NCBI RefSeq assembly: GCF_008831285.2
Contig: NC_045138.2
Coordinates: 22,444,001-22,508,000 of the forward strand
Direction: 5' to 3'
Length of the DNA stretch: 64,000 bases
Source of the DNA: Nymphaea colorata
Lineage: Eukaryota
Shown: piece by piece, positions 39,389-50,563 of the stretch
Layout of the letters: the number at the start of each line of letters is the position of its first letter
Numbering within the stretch: position 1 is the first letter of the stretch
Program-made: the position numbers and the translations under genes
Notes under the pieces: generated by a model
The model's database searches: none
What the model saw: only the letters and a program-made list of their open reading frames with translations
Told to the model about the DNA's origin: nothing

Positions 39389-39896
39389 GTATATATATAT
39401 ATATATATATATAAAATCAGTTGGCTACCTCTGGGGTCCGATAATTATTTCTTTTTGTGTAGCTGAAAACCATCACAAAAAGGTGCATTTGAGAGTGCTT
39501 GGCCATGATTTTTAGTAAATAAGTACACCTTTTGGCTCGTTCGAATCATGAATACAGTCAACCTTAGAAATGGGACAGCAATCCACATGAGCTCATTTTG
39601 AAATAAATCAGTTCTCATTCAAATGCATTTCTGAAAATTTTCGGAAAAGGTTTTTTCTTGGTCCAAACCTAAAGGTTTTGACATATTGAGAGGTCAAGAC
39701 TGTAACGACAACCAAAGGGGGAAGGTGCGATTTCTTCGTAAGTGTATTTCAGAAATCTCATATTCTAGTAAAGATTTTGAGCTTTAAGAAGTGCTCATCG
39801 TTAGCCGGATGACCACGTAAGTGATATATTCCTACCTAGGAAAGCAATATGCAGGTTGATGTATTTTTCAAGTATAAGTACGGAACATGTAGTGTG

Positions 39897-39948
<52 letters not shown>

Positions 39949-39950
<2 letters not shown>

Positions 39951-40153
39951 TGAAATCAGCTAACCAGTGTCCTTTGCCGGATGGGTAAAAACTAAATTTT
40001 GCCATGGTAAAAGGGTCTCAAATCGTGCATTCCACAAAGACAAATCATTGTCCATGGTTTCTTACCACAGAATACACCATTTGCAATAGTTTTTGTTGTC
40101 ACAAATTAAAATAAATGCAATCAAACAATGGATTTCGGCCGGCTGATTTCAAT
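39949..40153. mobile_element. MITE embedded in a (TA)n microsatellite
   Basis: Perfect 12-bp TIR ATTGAAATCAGC (39949-39960) / GCTGATTTCAAT (40142-40153), with long (TA)n on both sides. Confidence 0.7.
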
Positions 40154-40158
40154 ATATA

Positions 40159-40227
<69 letters not shown>

Positions 40228-40299
40228 ATGATCTTGCACGCGTGAAGTATCAAGAGTATGTACATATGAAAAGCCTCTATTATTGTACAAAAACGATTA

Positions 40300-40855
40300 T
40301 ATATTGTGCGATAGGATTTACTTACCCTGCCATTGGTTCCACATGCCGTGCAATAAGGATTACATGTTATGCAACAGGATCTACATATTGTGCGATAGGA
40401 TTAATCTGTTGTGCTATGCGGATCCACATTTCATGCAGTGCGATTTACATGTTGTGCTACAGCGATCCACACGTTGTGTTAAAGAGATCCACAAACTATA
40501 GAGATCCGCGTGTTGTGCAATAAAGATCCACCTGTTATGCAATTATATGATTTACATGTTGCGCTAAAACGATCCACATGTTGTGCTAAAGGGATCCACA
40601 TGTTATTCTGTACTAGAGATCCACATGCTCTGCCGTATGATTTACATGCTACGCTAAAGAAGTCCATATGTTGTGCTACGAAGATCTATGTGTTATGCTA
40701 CAGAAATTTACATGTTTCGCTGTAAAGATTTACATGTTGTGCTTGTTAGAATCCATGTCCTGGGCAAAACAGACTTACATGTTGTTCTATAGAGATCAAC
40801 ATGTGCAATAAAGATTTATATGTTGTACTGAAAACAAAGATTTATATGCGATCTA
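40300..40855. repeat. Minisatellite, 21-bp unit (consensus ~GATCCACATGTTGTGCTA.AG), roughly 25 degenerate copies
   Basis: GATCCACATG / GATTTACATG recurs with 21-bp periodicity. Confidence 0.85.
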
Positions 40856-41618
40856 GATTTCTCATGTATTTTCTTATAGGAATGTTATGAGTTTCTTATC
40901 TATGACATGCCTTGGTACTTGTATCAAAGTTTTGTGCTATAGATTATCACTAGAAGAATTTGGCTCATTTTTGGAAGTAGATGCATGAAAGAAACACCAG
41001 CTTTACTTTACAAAGTGGCTCCAGTGGTTGGACATGAGCGCACTTCAATCGCCCACTTCTTCTTCTGCAGTCGATTGCCCACATGGAATTGAATGGCACA
41101 AGGGCTTGGTGTTCTGTTATTATTTTGTTTGGAGAGCAAACTATCTCCTGGCCACTAAACCCAGCTAACTAAAGGAGATTGTTTGCCATTTCGGCTGATG
41201 TTGGTTGGTTTGATCCTGCTGCTACAAAAGAAGAAAAAGCTAAAGTACCTATAAGGATGACATTAACAATCGCCTCTAGGTTATGATGAGCATAATCACT
41301 CTACCTTGGATATCATCTCAACAACACCAGTAAATGTTGGAGGATTTCTTCTCTCAAGAATGTCTTATGGACTTTTCTTCTTTTTTGCTTCATCATTAAC
41401 AAGTGTTACACTTTGATATCCAATTCAAAATACAATAAATTACAACTCACTGTGATATGCCTAAATTGGTGGCTCTTGACAGGTCTTCCATTGATCTTAT
41501 AATGTTCTAATTATATAGTCAATATTAAGGCGATAATATTTTTCAGATGAAAAATTTTAGTGCAAATATATTCTAATATCTATATTTGTAATTTTTTGGT
41601 ATCAAGAAACTTGAACAA

Positions 41619-41776
41619 TTTGTAGAATATTCAAGAGAAATGTGAGGCAGGGTAGTTAGACTAAGCGACACTCCCCTCTATTAACTATCCGAGTTGAACC
41701 TGGGCGAAGGCACCACCCTTCATGTAGAGTGGAGGAACATAGCGGCACAGTTAGTTTCTCTTGAATATTTCACAAA
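41619..41776. mobile_element. Small fold-back element / MITE
   Basis: 22-bp inverted repeat TTTGTAGAATATTCAAGAGAAA / TTTCTCTTGAATATTTCACAAA (2 mismatches) around a ~115-bp GC-richer core. Confidence 0.5.
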
Positions 41777-42427
41777 ATAATGCTTTGCTTAGTCCTAGAA
41801 TGTACCAAAACTATATATATTATATGCGTTGCTGATTTATCCTCTTTTGCAATCATTTTCACTCTAGCACCTGCTGCTCTAGCTAATTGTCCACCCTTTC
41901 CCCACCCTGAGTATACGCTAAAACAGGAATCACAAGGTAGATCGAATAGAAGACTTCTACTAAAATACCCTAGTCAATGCTGGTGCCACTCTCTGAATCA
42001 TGCCACGCGTTATGGAACTAACTGAAAGGCTGATAATCCATTCCTTAGCTAAAGGAATAAGTATATATATATATATATATATATATATCGAGAGAGAGAG
42101 AGAGAAAGAAAGAGTGAGATTGAAAATCTAAATGCATAACTAAAGAGACATGGACTTGTACAAATATTGAAGAAGTCCATTAAAGCTAAACAACATTTCA
42201 AAAGGAACCAAAAGAAATGGTCCAAGAATCACAAAATATCTCCAATAACAACTGTAACAAACTTCATTTGCCTGAATGAAAAATCTTCTATCATTTACTA
42301 TTTTCTACCACAATAATACCTAGCAATAATAGCAATAAAAAGGTTGATGCACAGTCATTAAATTAAACAACACAAGTATGTACAATAACAATTAAACCTA
42401 CAACACCTTGTAAAGTAAATCTTACTT

Positions 42428-43700
42428 GTGAACTAGTTTGTTCTTTTGGACTGTTGTTCTGTCCTATTAGCATCTTCATTTGGGTTTCTAATTCATTCAT
42501 TTTACTTTGAAACGCACTGATCATGTCATTCATATGTTTTATGTGCTTGGCAAGGGTAGCATTACTCACTAAGAGCTCATTTCAAGTTTGCCTTTTAACA
42601 ACTATATAATGAGTTTTAATATCTTCCCCATATATGCAAGCATGTTTGTTCTTGTCCTCACCTGAAGCTCGAGAAACAACATCAACTCATCATGAACTAT
42701 CCCTAGAACCCTCTGGCATCCATTTGCTTTTCTCATACCTAAAAGGCAAAAAAAAAAAGCCATATTTAAATCGCACATGAATTATGTTCATACCGAAATT
42801 GAATCAAGAAAACATAAGTCTCTTACAATCATGGCTTTAGAATCTGTATTACGATAATTTGGATTGGATGTTGTGCTAGCCATAACCTACTTTCGAGCTC
42901 CATAACCTACTTTCTAGCTCGAGATAGTTCTGGTTTGCCATTTGGGGCCCATAATTAAACGTCAGCATGAAATAAAATGTTAAGTATGCTTGAACAATAT
43001 AATGTAAGATAGAGTTGTATTAAAAAAAATGCTTACAATTTTTTAACAGAATCGCGCAAAGGTCTTTGCCCCATTTATTAAGGTTACTTCAAACATGAAT
43101 AATTGATTCCATTTTATTCACTTTTTGCCTAAAATGAAAATCTAACCTTTTGAGAAAATGCTAATAACACATTTAATTGCACTTAAGGAATGTCTGATAC
43201 TTTCTACTACCTTTTCTTCAAGTGTGTCAAACTGTTTCATTAGTTGCTTCCATTGATAAGTGGAAATCATGCTAGATATGTTCTTCAAGATTGCCATGTT
43301 GTTTATAAATAGCCCTCAAGTTTTATGTTCAAATTTTTCATATCTTTTTTATATTCTTTTAATACCAATTAATCATTCAAATCCTCTTCTATGTTATACA
43401 GTACTCAGTACAGAATTATGCAGCATTAGTGAAAAAGAATTAAGAAGTACAAGTACAAGTTTGCAACATGTAATGTTATAATTAAAAAGAAACCTTTATG
43501 TGATTCTACAAATCATCATTGAAGAAATTGGCACCTCTATAATATTTGCAAGTCAATTGTTATCATTTGAATCCTTTGCTATAGAACCTATGAATTTACT
43601 CGACTCCTAAGCCTCCGCTCTAATTGGCTCACCATAAGCTCTGACGATGAAAATACCCCATGGTGAGAGCATCAAATTTTCACCATCACAGGGAAGATGG
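42428..43700 (-). pseudogene. Degenerate CACTA/En-Spm TnpA-like (Ptta/Transposase_24-type) gene with intron remnants
   Basis: Minus-strand fragments in the expected order: YGEPIRAEA*ESSKFIGSIAKD (~43570-43635), YQWKQLMKQFDTLEEK|gt (~43210-43260), NGAKTFAR (~43050-43080), ELSRA...LWLAQH (~42870-42935), DVVSRASGEDKNKHACIYG (~42625-42685), then a coiled-coil tail MNELETQMKML...SSQ|gtaag. These match TnpA-type motifs GQPIG, GxKSFAR, PSRAxxW and DxLxxxxGxExxGxVRxxG. Many stops. Confidence 0.7.
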
Positions 43701-46363
43701 TTTTGCATCCAGTCGACGGTGGGGAGAGAAAAATTGACCTTGAGTCAAAGAAGGTTGAAACAGTGCTAGGCAGTGCTCTAACAAAAGCATCACCGTTAGA
43801 ACATGTAGACTTTTTGCCTTTGCCCTCAAGGTTCAGAATTGTGTCCATGTCAAGGTAGAACTACACTTTCCTTTTATCTATGACATTGAAGTAAGCACCA
43901 GCTGTTTGATGCGAGTAGGTCACCTTACAGTCCTACGAGTTGAAAGAGCAAACCTGGTTATATACGTCATACTGAAGCACTAATTTTTGTGTGTCAATAT
44001 GATTAATAACTAAAATACCCTTAATTCACTTTAAAAAAAGAATTATATAAATAAAAATGAAAATAAAAAGAAAGTAAAAAAAAAAACTATGCAAAATATT
44101 TTTTAACAAATAACCAAAATATGTTCCTCTTGCCCACGACGCACTCAACCTTTTCTCCTAAAGTGTTATGCAAAAAAGTAAGCGTTTGTGATGTGAAAAA
44201 GAGTGGTTGATTCTCACACAACCAAACTAAATGATATGACCCGTCAGGATCAAAGATTTTGGTTGGATCCCACCTCTTCCGTGCCATGGATTTGTCCGTA
44301 CCTGGACCCCCAGATGCTTCGAAGTTCGGACAATCGTCTTCACCACACCCCAAAAGAACTGTAGAAAAAGTTCAGAAATGTTGCTCTTTCTACCAATATG
44401 TGCAAAGTGGCTGCTTTTTCTATTCATGTCACTCCCTTTTTGCCGTCAGATCATTGGTTCCTTTCTTCTGATCCTTCTTCTTCCATTCCTGGGACCGTCA
44501 AGCCGAAAACCGGCCTTTTTTGATCGAGGCCAGGATGGTGCACGTCTAGCACTTGGCCGGAATCTGCGGCAGTTGCCGCATCCACTCTGAAATCCTGCCG
44601 GTGTCCATGTGCCTTCGCCCAACAAAAGAATCTGTGCCCGAAAAGCTGCCGATAGCGTTGTTTGAGGAGTTCACATTTCTGCCGGTCATAGTAAAAAACA
44701 TGACCATATTTTCTTCAGATACCTGTGCTCTATGGGTGATGCCCAGAAAAGCAGGAGATTTTCTTTTGTAATTGACAATATATAATGCAGTTGGTGAAAC
44801 CCATCTAGACATTTGAATTTTTAAGGCGAATTAAAAAATTATTTTGCTAGTGCAAGAATAGTTGGCAATTAAAAGCGTATTGCTATTGTATAAGAATTTG
44901 TGTGTGTGTGCCATTTGAAAATTTTCTTGCATGTCATTTTATTAATTTATCTTTTTCTTTTTTTAACAATTTTATTACCCTATAATTAGGGGAAACACTT
45001 TTAATTGATAAAGTAAATATTACTACCAGTTGTCCCCAGGCGTTTGAGTGGTACCAAATGAGAGTTGCCTATTGTTTGTTAGGTAGGCAATTAATTAAGT
45101 TCAAAGCTCATAAACACCACACTCCATGGTAGGCTAACTAAGCAAAGCATAAGCCTTAACAGCGAAACAAGTTCTGGGCATGAGGTGTTATGCGTCCTAA
45201 TTAAGGGCGCAACTAAGTCTCAGGAGTGGTGTTCTCGAGAACAAAAAAACAAACCCAGAAAGGTAACTTGGAATATGTAGATATAATCTAAGGTTAAATT
45301 TGTGAAAATAATAAGCTAGCCGTGAATTTATAAATTGCCTCCAAATCATGCATGAATTAGACGCTATCATGCTTTCAAAACATAATCACTGTCATGGCAA
45401 TTATAAGTGAAACTTTCATTTCTTTACAGTTTCCGGTAAGTGGGGAAAACACACCGCTCAGAATTCTCATCTCAAAACCTCATCCTTCTAACTCTTAAAG
45501 TACAAGGTTGGCTTTCGGTGCATCAAGATGTTGGCTCCATCGTGCTTCAACTTCTGTGTCGTTGGCTTCCAGAAAGTTGATGCCAAGTGAATTTGAAATT
45601 CAAACTGACTACCTGCCAGTCCCCACTCCTTCTATTGCGCCAACCATCTCAAGATTCTTTCCTTTATGATTTCCAGAGAAAAATGTAAAGCTCTTTCCAT
45701 AAGCTTCCTTTCTACCAAAGGTGCCATGCGGCCACAACTTTTGAACATGTATCAATAATGGATGCCCTTGTAAGTTACAACCATGTGACATCCTTCTACC
45801 TCTGAAACATTTGCCCGCCATCCTTCCTAAGGTGTATACCCTTGGTTAAAAGCAGAATTGCTTTGTCACTACGAATGAAGCATTTGAGGGTCTTCTTGCT
45901 TTTCTGATGTGCAAGGCAATGAAAAGTTGAAGCAAACTGGGCAGTACCGCAGTAGTCCTTGTTATGATTAGGTCTACGTTAGCCATTTGGGGAGTTAGTT
46001 TTGCTGGGTCTCACACTTAAGAAGGACAGGGGCATTACACATGTCACGACACTCAAAAGATGCAGTTAAAGAAGCGTCTATTTATGGATGGTCTTCACCC
46101 TACAATAAGCAAAGGCCCAATGATGAAGGTAAGTCATGTGAAGTGAAACCCAAATAAAGAATTTGTTTTATAAATCTATGTTGGATTTTTTATATTTTTG
46201 TAAGTGTTTACATCCATCATCTCCATGTATATCGGCAGGCTGCCTTAAACCCAAAGGTAACTTGGTTATCGTATGAATGAATTGATCTTTGAATCTGCTC
46301 CATAATTTTCTAAATTAACTTTGCTTGGCATTTTTCTAAATCATAATGTGAGAACCATACGCA

Positions 46364-46588
46364 TCATCCTCGAGAGGGTTGGCGCAACGCTACGGGTGAA
46401 GGCTGATAGGTGGCCAGTCTTCGTTTTGAATCCCCAGGCGTAAATCTTCACTGCTTTAAAAGGGACCACATAACGTGTAAGTTGAAACACAACAGGAGGT
46501 GACACCGAAATCTAACTTGTATTATATATAGGGCTTGGTTGGATGGGGGCTTTGGCATTTTGCTGGGTGGTGTTACACTTCACATGAA
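46364..46588 (+). mobile_element. tRNA-derived SINE
   Basis: A-box-like GGTTGGCGCAACG (~46377) and B-box-like GTTTTGAATCCC (~46423). Flanked by a 19-bp direct repeat AATGTGAGAACCATACGCA (46345-46363) / AATGAGAGAACCATATGCA (46589-46607), 17/19 identical, read as a TSD. Confidence 0.65.
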
Positions 46589-46719
46589 AATGAGAGAACC
46601 ATATGCAAAGTACATGAACCGCCACAAAAAATTAATCATGTGACAAATGTGGTTACCTTAAATTCAGTACATATTAATAAATCAAAATAAATAATTTCAA
46701 TTAATTTTCATTATAGGTT

Positions 46720-47300
46720 CAAAATACAATATCGGTGTAGACGTTGAGCGAGAGGATCGACATCATCTCCCTGATTCCGATGTTTTTAACACACACGAGA
46801 CGAGATGGTTGTCCATCATTCTTTAGCAAGAACACTTCTAATTTTATATACAAACGATGGTTGTAGGGTGCTATGGCTCGATTATCATAATAAATCTTGA
46901 GTGACCTCCCAATTGACTCAACTGAACAGTTGTTCAACTAAATAATTGTGACATTTCATGGTTCCTACAACACTAGTAGATCTCTTCTCACTTTTAAGAG
47001 ATAGCAATATCTGTTATTAGGAACATATGTTTTGTACTAGATAAGCTTCTACTATCAAAACATATTTTCCAAACAGCCGAGGGAATTCACTCGATGGTAA
47101 TATCTAATCTTTTATCTTGCAATTATTCTATGACCCTTTCTTAAAGTCTTTCTAATGAGTCATGCTTAGATTGGATTAATGAAATCTATAAGCACTGCCA
47201 TTGGGCAAAAAATGTTAGCTTGAATATGAGCATGCATATACTGATCCAAGATATCAATCGCTCATGTGCATGCATGAAAATTTCATTTTCGTCACGTGAA
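46720..47300 (-). pseudogene. Old Ty1/copia RT-RNaseH relic
   Basis: SIGRSLKIYYDNRAIA...VCVKNIGIREMM resembles copia RNaseH (SISRPLKIYCDNxAA...IxTxxMIADPLTK). Upstream SNLSMTH*KDFKK resembles RT SNPGxxHWKAxK. No LTRs recognised. Confidence 0.55.
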
Positions 47301-47639
47301 TAGTCTTTTAAGGCTCGCTTCCTTTTGCCATTAGTGCCAACCTAGGAAACAATTTTCTCACTCATTTATCTGAATGCCTTAATTCTTTTTGGCCTTTTAA
47401 AGGCCAATTATATCCTTTACTTCACTCATACCTTTCATTTTAAAGTGAGAGGCCGCAAAAACTGATTAGTCATCTGCTAGCATTCTTATTTGATTTGATG
47501 TAAGCAAAAAGTTGCGAACATAAAGTATCGAAATCTTAAACGTATTATCATTATGCTTGGGGTGATATTGACCCTTATAGCATTCTAGACAATTCTCAAG
47601 ATGGGGAGAAGATTTCAATTACCATACTCATATATTTTG

Positions 47640-47803
47640 AATTAATTTGAAAAAAATGAAAAGTCAAATTATATTTTCAAGAGACTAAAATACCCCTTAA
47701 AAAAAGAAACAATTGAGTTTTTTTAACTGAGATTTATTGTCTCATTTGAGGGGCATTTCAGTCTTCTAAAAATTCAATTAACTTTATATTTTTTTCACTT
47801 TAA
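47640..47803. mobile_element. Mutator-like fold-back MITE
   Basis: Inverted arms containing GAGACTAAAATACCCCT and AGGGGCATTTCAGTCTT; the GACTAAAATACCC motif is typical of plant MULE TIRs. Confidence 0.55.
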
Positions 47804-47862
47804 CTTCCACCATATGAGATTTTCAGGCTGTGTGCTATGAGAGGTCAGATGGCTTCTCTTTT

Positions 47863-47867
<5 letters not shown>

Positions 47868-47938
<71 letters not shown>
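47868..47938. repeat. Compound (TA)n(GA)n microsatellite
   Basis: Direct observation. Confidence 0.95.
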
Positions 47939-47942
<4 letters not shown>

Positions 47943-49604
47943 AGAGGAAGTGGTACCTCTCAGAGTCACCCAACTAATCACTCATGAGGGTCACCTGATA
48001 TATTGTGATAGATAATTGATAGAAAAATGAGAGAAAAAGGTTGAACCAATATAACACCATGATGAAAATACCCATCACCTTTTTCTCTTTGTTTTTCTCT
48101 TAACCATCCATGAGGATGGATTTTTGTACTTTCCCATACAAGTTATTCTATTGGTTCATTTAAAACCTGTGTACCTTATTCTTCCTCTTTGGCATTGTCC
48201 ACAATAAGTTTTTCATCCATAATAGTGCATCTTTTACCAGATCAACTTCCACATTTCCTTTACAAGGAATAATAATATGAAATCTGTATTTATGGTTTTT
48301 GGGTCGTCTATCTTTTTACATGAGAGGCTTCTCCATGTACTTGAACCCTAATGAGACAACTTCCTTCTCATCATGGGATTTAGATTATGAATTTAGTTGC
48401 TAATGGGATCTTATCCTAAGGGCCTATTTCACATTGGGAATAAGTTAAATCCTTGCATAGTTCCAACAGTTGTTACTTTTCATGCTTGTGATCATGAAAT
48501 GAGGCCCTAAATTGTTTAGCGATGTGAAGCTTGCAGAATGTCGGAACTTTTTAACGTCTAAAATGAAAATCTTATGTTCAATTCTATAGGTTCTTCCTTA
48601 GGGGAAAAAACAAACTTGAAATGGCCTCTTTAGGATAGGTAAGGTTTCTCCCAAACTGGCAGTTCTAGATCAACTAATCGCATCAGAAGAGGAAACTTAA
48701 TTTTATCTTCTTTGCAAAGCTCTTTGGGCGTAGGCCCTCAAGTTGGGTCGGGTTCAAGCTTCTGCTATCTCAGAAATTGTGGGCAACTGATTCGGTTACT
48801 TCTAGACTCTGGGTTTCTCCATGTTCCCAAATCAAGGGAAAAAAAAAGGACTGGAAAAGTTTTCCTGGAATGGAGTAAAGAGGAATCCACTGCCACAAGC
48901 AGCAGTGCAACATTAAAATTTGATTTGTTTTCTTTGTGTGTCATGTGAAAGGAACTCAACCCAAAAAATATGGCCTCTCCTTCTCTATCTACCAGTTCTC
49001 CATATCTCCCAAAGGTCACCTAATGTTGTAGTTGAATCGACTCCATTCAGCCCGTTGCCCACTTGGATATTTTCATTTATGAAACATTAACCATCTCAAC
49101 ATATGAGCGGTTATACTAAAGGGAAAAAAAAGAAAGAAAACTAAGGGCAAGTTAACATCCTTTTATGTTTTTATTATTTATGATTATTTTATGCATTTAT
49201 TTATTTTTAAAAAATGATGCAGCTAATAACACATTTTATGACCAACTGAAAATTAATTTAGTTGAAATTTTGAATTAATTGAATTATTGAATTGACAGCT
49301 TGGCCTACTTGATTAAATTTCTGATTTTCAGGGCACTAGACAAACAGCATAATTGGTGAAGAGAGGAATGGGGTATGAAAATGCCCCTCAATCAAGTTTT
49401 GATCTTGTCATTTTGCCTCTATGTATTCCCATGGCGTTTGGTTGTAACTAAAGCTCGGTAGTCAGGACTCACCGTTGTCATAAAAGGAAAAAAATAATAA
49501 TAATAAATTTGAAAAATAAACATTAAACCACTTATAAGGAAAACTACAATGAATAGCATGACAAATTGTGACGGAATTTCTCAGGCTTTTTCAATAATGA
49601 ATAG

Positions 49605-50062
49605 TAAGGTTGGGCATCGGGCCAGCCCGGCCGGTTAAAAATGAAAAAATCAAAGCCCGGCATTCAAAACGGGCTGGCCCGAGGCCCGGCCCGTTTCTAA
49701 ACGGGCCGGGCCGGGCCCATGTAATATCGGGCCTCGGGCTTTGGTTTATGCCCGAGGCCCGGCCCGACCCGATTATTAACGGGCGGACCAGAGGAGGCAG
49801 CCAAGGGGCGACGACCGATGAGGCAGTCTCGAGCTCGCGGCGATGAAATTTCTTAATGAAACGAAAAGAGGAAAAGAAAATCTAACCCATAACCCTAAGT
49901 TCCTAATTCTCTAAGTTCTTTTTTTTTTTAAAGAAAAAAAAAACCCATGTCGGGTTTATCGGGCCGCCACCGATCACAGTGGCAGGTCCGGGCCGGGCCG
50001 AGCCCGATAAATTTGGCCCGAAAACCTTTTTGTCAAGGCCCGGGCCCGGGCCCGGGCCCGTG
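49605..50062. mobile_element. hAT-type non-autonomous element with GGCCC/GGGCC subterminal repeats (right end lost)
   Basis: Begins TAAGGTTGGGCATCGGGCC; dense GGCCCG/CGGGCC repeats at both ends with an A/T-rich middle. Confidence 0.65.
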
Positions 50063-50563
50063 GCGTTAAAAGACTCCGCCAATTTTCTTCCTCATTTTCT
50101 CACTTTGTCTTTTTATAGTTTGAAGGGGTGTAGCATAGTTAGTTGGCCTGAGTAATCCAATGAAGATGTATCTTCAATTTGATTTTTATATGTACTATTC
50201 TTATAGATTGCAAATGGTGACATGCACGATACTAGAGTTGAATGTTGTATCATAAAACCCTAGACCCAAAAGGCAGGGTGGCTTCATCTTTCGTGAAGTG
50301 GCATGTATCTTTTGTCTAGAAAGAGTGAAAAACTTTTTTTTTTTTTTTTTTTTTTTTTTCAGTTATGAAGGACACAAATCTTTAAAAAAGCACACACGAG
50401 ATTGCACAAAAAAACAGGGGGAAGACACCATCTATTCACTTTTGTACCTCAATTTCCAACTCTTGCTTCTCTCCTTCCTCGTAATTTCATCATTGTCAAC
50501 AGCTAAGCCCATCTGCCGTAGTTGGCGTAAGCTGCTTACACCGAATCTGAAGAACAGGATGTA

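Noticed and set aside
40242..40725. Cys/His-rich repeat protein or CRISPR-like array
   Set aside because: Head-to-tail degenerate 21-bp units with no unique spacers, in a plant nuclear context with no cas genes; the ORFs are artefacts of the 21-bp period.
46370..46440. tRNA gene
   Set aside because: Only degenerate A/B boxes, no cloverleaf, and flanked by a TSD; interpreted as a SINE head.
49620..50062. GGCCC cluster as TCP/site II promoter elements
   Set aside because: Arrangement and terminus match hAT-type subterminal repeats, and there is no adjacent gene start.
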